DNA of 60,090 bases, taken from contig CAYZHK010000001.1 in assembly GCA_964477685.1 (NCBI GenBank), positions 1 through 60,090 of the forward strand, in the 5' to 3' direction. The notes under the pieces were generated by a model. That model did no database searches. It was given only the letters and a program-made list of their open reading frames with translations, and was not told where the DNA came from. Below are positions 35,763 through 43,582 of the stretch, piece by piece. The DNA comes from an uncultured Nitrososphaerota archaeon (GTDB taxonomy: Archaea > Thermoproteota > Methanomethylicia > Methanomethylicales > Methanomethylicaceae). The translations under genes and the position numbers were made by a program. Each line of letters starts with the position of its first letter. Within the stretch, counting starts at the first letter, position 1.

Positions 35763-37282
35763 GCGAAGGCACCCTTCAGCTTTTCAATGGCCTCAACCGA
35801 TGTTGCTCCCTTTAACTTCACGCGCTTTCCCTGCGACATAATGATTACCCTGCTGTAACCCTTGCCCCTGATAAAATCCCTCAATGCCGCTGTGCCCAAC
35901 GGCGAGTCGTCAGCGCTCTCGAACTGCGAAAGAGGGAAGGTCTGGGCAAGCTCCTCAGGCACGATGCCAAAGGGTCTGCCATAGAAGCAGAAGTGGAACC
36001 TACCCCCCTTGAGTGCCCGCGACGCGGCCTGGTATTCAGCCGAGCGGTTGAATGGCTTTGAAGGGTATGGCATCAGCACCAGCACGTCCTTGGATGGGGG
36101 CTTTATGTACCTCTCCGCTAGCCGGCGGCTGTATCTCATCACCTCGGGGCGATGTCTCGAGATATCATCAAAGAAGAATAGCCCGCGCAGCCTCCCAGCC
36201 GCCACAGGATCCCTCTCCTCCATATACCTTGAATACCTGCGCAGCCTCTTGAAACCCTCGAAGAGCTTGGGGTGCGATCTGCAGCGGATTTCGAGCAATT
36301 CCCAGAGCGAGCCTTCCCTCAATGCCTGCCTGATCCCCCTAAGCTCCTCTTGGGTGGAGTATAGGTTGTGTCTTGCCAGGGCCAGTTCCCTCTCCTTCTT
36401 GGGGAGCCTAGCGAGTTCCTCCTTGGTCGTCCTGCTGCACACCTCGCAGCTGCAGGGGAGCTCAGTCATCTCATCGAGCCTCAGCGTCCTGGCCTGCGTC
36501 ATATATCTGTCGCCCTTGGCGAAGAGCGCATAGGCGGCAGAGTCGAAGAGATCGCAGCCCAGGGCTACCGCGAGCGCCAGCATGGCCGGATGCCCCGCCC
36601 CGAAGAGGTGGAGGGGTCTTTCGGGGGGCAAGTTCTGCTTGGCTGCCACGATCATGTCCACAAGGGCCGGATAATCATACTCCTCCATCACCTGGACCGG
36701 GCTTCCGAGGGGGTGGGTGTCAAAGTCCATCTTGCCCATCACTCTGGCGCTCCTCCTCACTAGGTCTAGGTGCCTGCCTCCCTGGATCGGCCCTGCCCAG
36801 AGCATCGAGCCATCCATCCTCAAGGCAATGCTCTCCTTTGCTCTCCTGGCCGTCTCGGCGACTGTTTTTTTTGCCTCCTCCCTCGTCGCATATCCCCCCG
36901 TTGGCACGTCCAGAATGACGCCCAGGTCACTGCCTATGGCCTCTTGGTATTGGATGATCTCCTTTGGATCCGTCTCGACCCCGCCATAGATGAGCAGCTG
37001 GTATGCCCCTGAATCGGTCATTATGGTGCCATCAAAGCCTGTGAGGGTGTGGACATCGGGCTTCTCCTTCCCAAAATGCTTCAGTATTAGGTAGGAATTG
37101 GTGATTATCATTGGAAACCCAAAATGCTCCCGGAGGTCCGCCGGCGGGATGCAATTCCTGACCGGGTTAACTACGGGCATGAGGTACGGAGTGTCAACAT
37201 TCCCCCGCCTTGTGTGCAGTTCGCCCACTCTGCCCGCAAGGTCTCTCTCCTTAACTTCAAAACTCAATCCGATTCCTCTCAA
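35759..37282 (-). CDS. tgtA: Archaeosine tRNA-guanine(15) transglycosylase, apparently without a C-terminal PUA domain
   Basis: FEVKERDLAGRVGELHTRRGNVDTPYLMPVVNP, TDSGAYQ and the zinc motif CSCEVC. At 507 aa it is shorter than the ~580-aa PUA-containing forms. Confidence 0.85.
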   Translation of the reverse strand: MRGIGLSFEVKERDLAGRVGELHTRRGNVDTPYLMPVVNPVRNCIPPADLREHFGFPMIITNSYLILKHFGKEKPDVHTLTGFDGTIMTDSGAYQLLIYGGVETDPKEIIQYQEAIGSDLGVILDVPTGGYATREEAKKTVAETARRAKESIALRMDGSMLWAGPIQGGRHLDLVRRSARVMGKMDFDTHPLGSPVQVMEEYDYPALVDMIVAAKQNLPPERPLHLFGAGHPAMLALAVALGCDLFDSAAYALFAKGDRYMTQARTLRLDEMTELPCSCEVCSRTTKEELARLPKKERELALARHNLYSTQEELRGIRQALREGSLWELLEIRCRSHPKLFEGFKRLRRYSRYMEERDPVAAGRLRGLFFFDDISRHRPEVMRYSRRLAERYIKPPSKDVLVLMPYPSKPFNRSAEYQAASRALKGGRFHFCFYGRPFGIVPEELAQTFPLSQFESADDSPLGTAALRDFIRGKGYSRVIIMSQGKRVKLKGATSVEAIEKLKGAFA

Positions 37283-37312
37283 AAAGAAAGGGGGGTTGTT
37301 TTTTCCCTCAGG

Positions 37313-37735
37313 CTATGCCTTCTGCTCGACTATGTACTGGTCATATACCTTCTTAACGCGATCAACCATGGGGCCAGTCCCTTCGACTCCATCCACAGTA
37401 ACCCTTATCCTGTCCATCACTGTAACGAAGCCTGCATCCTCATAATACTTGACCATGTTGGGGAAGAGCTTGGAGAGCCTATTCGAAAGCCCCCTCATAT
37501 CAAAGGGTTTCTCCTTCAGAAGGATCTCGGAGACGGAGTCGCCTCTAATAATAGCCCTGGAGTACTTCTCCTTGTCCACAGCAACATCCTCCAGGCAGAG
37601 ACTGAGAGTAGAGGGATCGAAAGCCAACAACCTGCCATCATAAGCCGTACCCCTCGCAGTGATGACCTTGACGTTCTTGTCAACGAAGCCATTCAGCTCG
37701 CCGAGGTAACGGCGTCCACCACCAGAAACACTCAT
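37313..37735 (-). CDS. Lsm/Sm-like RNA-binding protein with a C-terminal extension domain
   Basis: LNGFVDKNVKVITARGTAYDGRLLAFDPSTLSLCLEDV fits the Sm1/Sm2 pattern. 140 aa. Confidence 0.7.
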   Translation of the reverse strand: MSVSGGGRRYLGELNGFVDKNVKVITARGTAYDGRLLAFDPSTLSLCLEDVAVDKEKYSRAIIRGDSVSEILLKEKPFDMRGLSNRLSKLFPNMVKYYEDAGFVTVMDRIRVTVDGVEGTGPMVDRVKKVYDQYIVEQKA

Positions 37736-37984
37736 CTGCTATACACCTACACCATCTAAAGTGAGGTGGGGTTTTTAACCATTTTTCCTTTTATCCGCTT
37801 TTTTTTGCCACTTTCGCCATACCCCCTCTTGCCTGCCCTCCGAGTACATTGGAGGGAATCACTGCTATGAGCTTCGGAATGAGTTTCCCCCTGGTGGCAC
37901 ATACCTTCCCGAAAAAGGTTTAATCCAAACACCACCGAAGGGTGCCAAAATTGTTCGCTTTGGTAACAGTTTTGGTGAACATCC

Positions 37985-38920
37985 ATGAGGCAAACCTGTG
38001 ACGAATGTGGGGTACTCCTGATCCAATCGGAGCAGAGCCTTGTCTGCCCCTCCTGCGGCCTGCTCCACGATTCGACCTGCCAAACCCAGACGCCACTTCC
38101 AGGCTTCAAGCAGAGGCTTGGCAGCCTGATGACCGTGACCAATACCGACCTCTGGCCGGGCGCACTAAGAAATGAGCACACACATGCAAAATACCGTAGG
38201 CTTGGGGATCTGCAGGAATCCATTTACCATGGCTCCTACATCGACATCTTTCGGCTGACTCAAGATCTCCGGAGCATGGCTGAGAGGCTTCACCTCCCCC
38301 CAGAAGTTGTGGATCTCACCTTGAAACAATTCAACGAGATCACATCAAAGGTAAGGAATCCCTACAACAGCCGCACCCTTCTGCTGGCGGTCTGCTTCAC
38401 CAAGGTAACAAGGGAGATGGGCAATCTCGCCCCTGTGAAGATTATCGAGGTTGCGGAGGCATTCGCCTCGCGGGGATACAATTTTTCTCCCCGGCTCCTG
38501 GCAAGAACACTATACTATGCGTCGAACCTGATGCCCATAAAAAAATTCAGGAGTTGTGAAGAATGCGTAGGGAAAGTGCTTCAGCGTCTGGGAGGGGCTC
38601 CCTTCCTGAGGGCAAGGGCAGTGGCCGTTAACCTTGACATCGATGACTACCTCTCCCGTCTGGAAAGACTCTCCGGAGACCTTCTGGAAAGCGTACCCCC
38701 CGTGAAGAGGAGTGGGAGAAACCCCTTCCTGCTTGCCGCCTCATCGGTTTATGTCTCAAATGCTGTTCTATCGAGGGAGAGGGGGATCAACAGTCTGTTC
38801 ACAAAAACAGAATTTTCCAGGGAGGTGGGCATCGCTGAATACACCCTCCGGAGTCATCTCGCAGAAATATTCAACAAAGAGATGGGAAAATGCCTTGTCC
38901 CGCCCTGCCGCTCCCCCTAG
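37985..38920 (+). CDS. Divergent TFIIB/TFB paralogue (Zn ribbon plus two cyclin-like repeats)
   Basis: N-terminal CDECGVLL...LVCPSCGL ribbon. The second repeat shows GRNPFLLAASSVYVSNAV...TKTEFSREVGIAEYTLRSHLAEI, the classical TFB cyclin-fold pattern. Confidence 0.75.
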   Translation: MRQTCDECGVLLIQSEQSLVCPSCGLLHDSTCQTQTPLPGFKQRLGSLMTVTNTDLWPGALRNEHTHAKYRRLGDLQESIYHGSYIDIFRLTQDLRSMAERLHLPPEVVDLTLKQFNEITSKVRNPYNSRTLLLAVCFTKVTREMGNLAPVKIIEVAEAFASRGYNFSPRLLARTLYYASNLMPIKKFRSCEECVGKVLQRLGGAPFLRARAVAVNLDIDDYLSRLERLSGDLLESVPPVKRSGRNPFLLAASSVYVSNAVLSRERGINSLFTKTEFSREVGIAEYTLRSHLAEIFNKEMGKCLVPPCRSP

Positions 38921-38921
38921 G

Positions 38922-39371
38922 CTATGCGGCTATCCCTATCTGGTATTCCCTAATGAGGGACAAATCGTCTGACTCAAGGCTCACGATGAGAACAGCGGAT
39001 ATGAAAGCCCGCTCGCTGCCATTCATGCCCAAAAACCCTGACTGCACGGAGTCCAAAGTCTGGTTCTCCAGGGGCTCCACGCGAATGCCGTCCAGCACCA
39101 ATTGGCACCCCCACAAACTAAGGTATTTCTCCACGTCCGCCTCCCATTCAATTACCATTGGGATGATCTCTTTTGCCGTTGGTTCAGGATCTTCACCTAC
39201 CCATTCATGGAGCCTCATGCAGCAGTCCAGCATGACGTTGTATGAAGCGATTTCCATGGAGCTCAGGCAGGAGATCCGATCCAGCTCGATAGCAGTATTT
39301 GCCACATTGGCCTCGATGGTCAACGCAGTGTGAAGGAGCAAAATAAACATGATTGCCTGCCCTGTGACCAT
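38922..39371 (-). CDS. Pilin-like protein (putative class III signal peptide MVTG/QAIMFILLL)
   Basis: A short N-terminus ends in G and is followed by a hydrophobic helix. It is the last gene of a four-gene overlapping operon beside the T4P ATPase. Confidence 0.5.
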   Translation of the reverse strand: MVTGQAIMFILLLHTALTIEANVANTAIELDRISCLSSMEIASYNVMLDCCMRLHEWVGEDPEPTAKEIIPMVIEWEADVEKYLSLWGCQLVLDGIRVEPLENQTLDSVQSGFLGMNGSERAFISAVLIVSLESDDLSLIREYQIGIAA

Positions 39372-39373
39372 TA

Positions 39374-39709
39374 TTAACCCTTTTTTATTATGTAGAATGT
39401 TCGAATCCCCCCATCACTGCTGATGAAAAAGGTTTGCGATGTCCCATTCTCAGGCGCGACAGTTGAAAAAAACAGACCGCCGACCTCAAAGGAATCCGCT
39501 CCAGGGGGGTGGGAGGTGATGTTCATGCCTGCCCAGCCAGCCATGATTTCCCCCCTCAGGTTTTCGAGGCTGATCTTGTCCATGGCTTCAGCCTTCATTC
39601 CCCCCACCTGGTTGGCCATGACCCCAGCGACTGCATCCAAGAGAATAAGGAGAAATAACGCCCCAATGCCATCCACCAGCGCAACGCTTCCCCTTCCCCT
39701 GCGCCTCAA
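39374..39709 (-). CDS. TadE-like minor pilin candidate
   Basis: MRRRGRG/SVALVDGIGALFLLILL resembles the TadE/TadF N-terminus (G-S-x-x-x-acidic then a hydrophobic helix). The TTG start overlaps the upstream stop (TTGA). Confidence 0.5.
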   Translation of the reverse strand: MRRRGRGSVALVDGIGALFLLILLDAVAGVMANQVGGMKAEAMDKISLENLRGEIMAGWAGMNITSHPPGADSFEVGGLFFSTVAPENGTSQTFFISSDGGIRTFYIIKKG

Positions 39710-39882
39710 GGCGGCACGCTTCCATTTGCAATTCCTGTGGCGTTCACCTGATGCCGCTCCAGCTCTGCCCTGAGCATTTGAGCCTCCTTGAGTGCGTCTC
39801 TAAACGTGTCGGCTACAACCGCGTTAAGGATGATGATCAGAAGGAGAAGTGGGAACAGTACCCATACCTCGACAGAACTCAT
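39706..39882 (-). CDS. 58-aa single-pass membrane protein (not in the ORF track)
   Basis: My translation is MSSVEVWVLFPLLLLIIILNAVVADTFRDALKEAQMLRAELERHQVNATGIANGSVPP*. It has an ATGA overlap with the upstream gene and a TTGA overlap with the downstream gene. Confidence 0.5.
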   Translation of the reverse strand: MSSVEVWVLFPLLLLIIILNAVVADTFRDALKEAQMLRAELERHQVNATGIANGSVPP

Positions 39883-40091
39883 CCAACCCCCTCCAAGCCC
39901 GAGGAACGAGAAGAATTGGTGTCAAATTCTGGTCCAGTAACGCCGCCTGTCTGATTTTGATCAATGTTGATGAACTCAGATGCCTCGGAGTTGATGGCCA
40001 GGGCAGCGCTCATCGCGGAATAGCTCACCATCGAAGCAGAAAAAAGCCAAATGAAGAGAATTATCTCCGCCTCAAGAATCCTGTAGGTCAT
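39879..40091 (-). CDS. 70-aa small protein with an N-terminal hydrophobic helix (pilin-like or membrane)
   Basis: MTYRILEAEIILFIWLFSASMVSYSAMSAALA... It is the first gene of the divergent operon, 26 nt downstream of a palindromic TATA-like element. Confidence 0.5.
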   Translation of the reverse strand: MTYRILEAEIILFIWLFSASMVSYSAMSAALAINSEASEFINIDQNQTGGVTGPEFDTNSSRSSGLEGVG

Positions 40092-40116
40092 TTCTACACC
40101 AATCAGTCTCTGTGTA

Positions 40117-40126
40117 TTTAATTAAA
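40117..40126. promoter_or_regulatory. Palindromic TATA-like element TTTAATTAAA in the divergent intergenic region
   Basis: A perfect 10-nt AT palindrome between the minus-strand start at 40091 and the plus-strand micro-ORF start at 40204. Confidence 0.4.
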
Positions 40127-40203
40127 CGAGCTGACCTCCCCCCTCAACCGCTGAGTCTTTAAGCGCTGCTGACTTGTGGTGTGCTGCATTGTTGTCCCAA
40201 AAA

Positions 40204-40341
40204 ATGGATCACCGTCTTGATTTTGCCATGGCCAATGTCAACAGGCTCTTTGAGCGCGTTGAAAAGATCGAAGAAAGTGTCAATGCCTTGGAGTATGCTC
40301 TCTCTCTTCTTTCCAAGAGGATCGATGAACTTGAAAGGTGA
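40204..40341 (+). CDS. 45-aa coiled-coil micro-ORF preceding the T4P ATPase (not in the ORF track)
   Basis: MDHRLDFAMANVNRLFERVEKIEESVNALEYALSLLSKRIDELER* has clean amphipathic heptads. The alternative frame (the tracked N-terminus of the 620-aa ORF) reads as W/C/P-rich and does not look protein-like. Confidence 0.45.
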   Translation: MDHRLDFAMANVNRLFERVEKIEESVNALEYALSLLSKRIDELER

Positions 40342-42043
40342 ATCGGACGTCCCTTCGTCAGGAATGGCACTGCCCCTAAATTCCATTGCAGATGCCTTTC
40401 CCCCAAACCCGGCAGGTCCAACAATCCTGGAGGGCAATCCTTCCCGCCTCTTTCAGCCGGAGCAGATCCGATATCTTCAGAGGCTGGCTCGGGACCTCAA
40501 GCCATTGATTTTTTCCCTTTCCCGGTCAAGACACCATAGGGTTTCAGCCGACACTCTTCTCGATTCAGATGTCTTTAGCGCCCTGTGGGCAGTCGTCAGA
40601 AATCCCCACTCCGGCATTTCCCGCCTCCATTGTCCGCTCTGCGCTGCCATTGGGCGTTTCAGGATCGAGTATGGTCTTCTTCCCGCATACTCACTCGACA
40701 GGCTGAAATTCATGCTTGAGCCGCAGCCCATTCCCCAAGGCCTGCACTTGCTTGGAGAAGAAATCTACCGGGTCGGCCCATTTGCGATTTTTTTGGGCAC
40801 ATACCGTGGCGAGAAAATCCTGTCAGCCGTTCTCGATGACTTGACCCTTGCCGACCGACAATGCATCTTCGAAACGGGCCTAAAGATACGGGAGGAGGAG
40901 ATGCGCTCAGCCGCATTCACCTCCATTAGGCTCGACGAAATCCTCCTGGAAAGGCAAAAACTGATCGAGGGAATGACGGGGATCAGCAGAAGTCTGGTCT
41001 CCCCTTCCATCTACGCTTCGGTGGGTCTCCTTGGCCTTTACCCGCTGCTAATGGACGACCTTGTGGCTGAATTCTATGTTGACCGCCTCGGATCCTTTGC
41101 CTACCTTGATCACCGCGAACTGGGGCGGTGTCTCTCCTCGGTCTTTGTCACCGATAGCGACATGAGCCGATTGGTTACATTCGCCAGGATGGCATCGGGA
41201 AGAACCATGGACTATGCCACCCCCTCCCTCAGAGCATCCCTCAGAACCCTTGACTTCAGTGCCCGCATTTCTGTGGATGGCCCTCCACTCTCCCTCGAGG
41301 GCATGTCACTCTCATGCCGCAAGTTCTTCCTCTCTCCCTTGACCGTCGAAGACCTTGTTTCAAACGGCACAATCCCCCCTCAGCTAGCCTCCTTTCTATT
41401 GGCCCAGATGCTTGAGCGGCACAACATCACAATATACGGCGAGAGCGGCTCTGGCAAGACCACTCTTGCCGTGGCCCTCGATCTTATCACGCCGACTGCG
41501 TGGAGGAAATTTTCTGTCGAGTCCGACGTTGCGGAGAATGTGTCCCAGTCTCTGATGGGCTACCACCAGGTGAGGCTGCTCTCGGCAGGAACGACACCCG
41601 CGGAGCAGGCCAAGAGAACCCACATACTCAATAGCCTGCTGCACAAATCACCGGATTTCATCTTCTTGGGGGAGGTCCTGTCCCGAGAGGACAGCGTCTC
41701 CCTTTTTCAGATATTGGCGGCCGGCCTCAAATGCATCCACACTGTCCATGCTGAGACGGCGGAGGGATTGCTCAGGCGCTGGGTCTATCAGCACGGCATT
41801 CCGCCCTCCTCCCTCCATAGCCTTGACTTGCTGATCCAGATGGAGAAGCGGACGGTCGCAGAGAGGGTCGAAAGACGGGTGGTGAGGGTCTCTAGGGTTG
41901 AGAAGGACCTCGGGTCTATTGAAATTCCCCGCCTTTCGGACATCTACCGCCTAGGCGGTTCCGCCCTGCTTGGCGCGGAAGCAGGGTCGGCCTGTGCCGC
42001 AATGGGGGGAAGCAGGATCCAGGGGCAATCGGGGGGATCCTAA
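40325..42043 (+). CDS. Type II/IV secretion-family ATPase (TadA/CpaF/ArlI/EpdL-like) of a type IV filament system
   Basis: Walker A IYGESGSGKTTL, PDFIFLGEVLSREDS (GE-x-R/S-x-x-E box), His box CIHTVHAETAEG. Start is at ATG 40325 or 40364 rather than the tracked 40181. Confidence 0.8.
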   Translation: MNLKGESDVPSSGMALPLNSIADAFPPNPAGPTILEGNPSRLFQPEQIRYLQRLARDLKPLIFSLSRSRHHRVSADTLLDSDVFSALWAVVRNPHSGISRLHCPLCAAIGRFRIEYGLLPAYSLDRLKFMLEPQPIPQGLHLLGEEIYRVGPFAIFLGTYRGEKILSAVLDDLTLADRQCIFETGLKIREEEMRSAAFTSIRLDEILLERQKLIEGMTGISRSLVSPSIYASVGLLGLYPLLMDDLVAEFYVDRLGSFAYLDHRELGRCLSSVFVTDSDMSRLVTFARMASGRTMDYATPSLRASLRTLDFSARISVDGPPLSLEGMSLSCRKFFLSPLTVEDLVSNGTIPPQLASFLLAQMLERHNITIYGESGSGKTTLAVALDLITPTAWRKFSVESDVAENVSQSLMGYHQVRLLSAGTTPAEQAKRTHILNSLLHKSPDFIFLGEVLSREDSVSLFQILAAGLKCIHTVHAETAEGLLRRWVYQHGIPPSSLHSLDLLIQMEKRTVAERVERRVVRVSRVEKDLGSIEIPRLSDIYRLGGSALLGAEAGSACAAMGGSRIQGQSGGS

Positions 42044-42083
42044 GATCAGCGGGCCCAGGGAAACAGGTGGGAAGGGCGAGACC

Positions 42084-42566
42084 ATGGATTCCAGGTGGCG
42101 GAATGATTTCATGCTCCTGGACGTCTTCTCCACAGCATTCATATTCACCGGCTCCGCAGAAATGGCCCTCCAGGAGACCGTCCATAGCGGGGCATCCGCC
42201 GAGCCCCTCAAAGTCACGATGACTGGGCTGAGGAACGGCAGCAGTTTCGAGCATGCCCTAGGGGAATCGGGGATCCCAAGGGATCTCTCCGACTGGTTTT
42301 ACATGGTCTGTTCTGGATCTGCCAAAGACTCCCAATTGATGCTCGATTCCTGGAAAGCAGAGGCATCCAAATGCCTGGCCAAGACTGAAGACGCAACCTC
42401 CTTGGTCATCACCTTCTCCTGCCTTCTTCCGGTAGTCTTGGCCTCCCTTCTCCTGATGGTTGGGTACTTGAGCTCCCTTCTGGCCTTCTCCATTTCCTTT
42501 ATGACCATTGTTGGCTACTGGCTGGTGAGCAGATGGATGAGACGGTTGAACCGCCCATTAAACTGA
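42084..42566 (+). CDS. T2SSF-type platform protein, single domain (TadB/EpdJ-like)
   Basis: A soluble helical region is followed by hydrophobic helices (LVITFSCLLPVVLASLLLMVGYL..FSISFMTIVGYWLV). It lies immediately after the ATPase. The Met at 42084 is preferred because 41970 overlaps the ATPase. Confidence 0.55.
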   Translation: MDSRWRNDFMLLDVFSTAFIFTGSAEMALQETVHSGASAEPLKVTMTGLRNGSSFEHALGESGIPRDLSDWFYMVCSGSAKDSQLMLDSWKAEASKCLAKTEDATSLVITFSCLLPVVLASLLLMVGYLSSLLAFSISFMTIVGYWLVSRWMRRLNRPLN

Positions 42567-43339
42567 TTCTGAAGCCCCACCCTGTGTCGCTGGGGCTCTC
42601 CGGACTCTTCTACTTGGCAATATGCCTGCAGGGGTCAATGCAATACGGCGTCCCGATGGCGCTAGCCTACTTCATGCTTCTGAATTTGGCCATAAGGTCA
42701 AAATCACTCACCATAGACTTTGGCACAGAGATCGGCGACTCTTTCCTGGCGTCATTCGCAAATAACTTGGCCTCCCTTGGTCCTGAGGAGGCCTTCTCCA
42801 AGGCGCTCAAACGCTTTTCCTCACCTCCGCTTAGGTGTGCCCTTGCCAAGGTGAGAAATGGAGTCCCCATCGCCAAAGCACTGCTTTCCATTGAGGTCCC
42901 TTCAAAATCTGAAAGTACTCTTCTTACCGCAATCTCCGCAGCCCTCTCCTATGGATCCGATGAGGCATCCAATAGGCTGCACAGGTACATGCTCTATCGC
43001 CAAGAACGGACTAGGCTAATCGCAGAATACAAGGGGAAGATGGCCGTCCTATCCCTCCGCCTGAAGGTTCTCTCCGCAATCTCAGCCGCATCCCTTGCGG
43101 TGATCGCCTTCGCCTCCCCCCTCCTGAGCTTCCTCTCCTCAGCAATTGAAGCCCAGACAAAAACCATCAATGGCTGGCCACTGCCCGCAATCGCCCTCTT
43201 CTCTGTGTCGATTCTCAGCCCACTCCTCTATTCGAAGACAGTGCCAGATACCAGCAGCGGCAGAATCACAGCGGCCTGTGCCATCCTGTACCTGTGCGTT
43301 TTTCTCCTCCTCAGCCTGACGATTGGCTGGCGATTTTAA
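42533..43339 (+). CDS. T2SSF-type platform protein, single domain (TadC/EpdK-like)
   Basis: N-terminal TM pair, central soluble helical domain, C-terminal TM helices. Position and topology match the second platform half. Confidence 0.55.
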   Translation: MDETVEPPIKLILKPHPVSLGLSGLFYLAICLQGSMQYGVPMALAYFMLLNLAIRSKSLTIDFGTEIGDSFLASFANNLASLGPEEAFSKALKRFSSPPLRCALAKVRNGVPIAKALLSIEVPSKSESTLLTAISAALSYGSDEASNRLHRYMLYRQERTRLIAEYKGKMAVLSLRLKVLSAISAASLAVIAFASPLLSFLSSAIEAQTKTINGWPLPAIALFSVSILSPLLYSKTVPDTSSGRITAACAILYLCVFLLLSLTIGWRF

Positions 43340-43366
43340 ATACCCCTGGCTGATGGGTGGGTCAAC

Positions 43367-43582
43367 ATGGCTTCCAAATCGCGGAAAGGTTCGCCGTTGG
43401 TGGAAGAGGGGCTCCTCTTGGGCCTATCCATTGTCACTCTGACCGTCGTCCTGACCATAATCGTGGGCCTTCTCACCGGGGTCCAGAATACATTCAATCT
43501 ATCGATATTCAATGCGGACGGCTTTACGGGCCAACTCCAAACTTCCATTGACCAGATACTGCAATTTTTCAGGATAGGGTAA
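43367..43582 (+). CDS. Flp-like prepilin (class III signal peptide)
   Basis: MASKSRKG/SPLVEEGLLLGLSIVTLTVVLTIIVGLL has a basic leader ending in G, acidic residues at +5/+6 (compare the Flp G-x4-EY motif), then a hydrophobic helix. 71 aa. Confidence 0.65.
   Translation: MASKSRKGSPLVEEGLLLGLSIVTLTVVLTIIVGLLTGVQNTFNLSIFNADGFTGQLQTSIDQILQFFRIG

Noticed and set aside
40181-40324. The N-terminal 48-61 codons of the tracked 620-aa ATPase ORF.
   Set aside because: The translation (MLHCCPKKWITVLILPWPMSTG...) looks non-genic. An alternative frame encodes a clean coiled-coil micro-ORF, and in-frame ATGs exist at 40325 and 40364.
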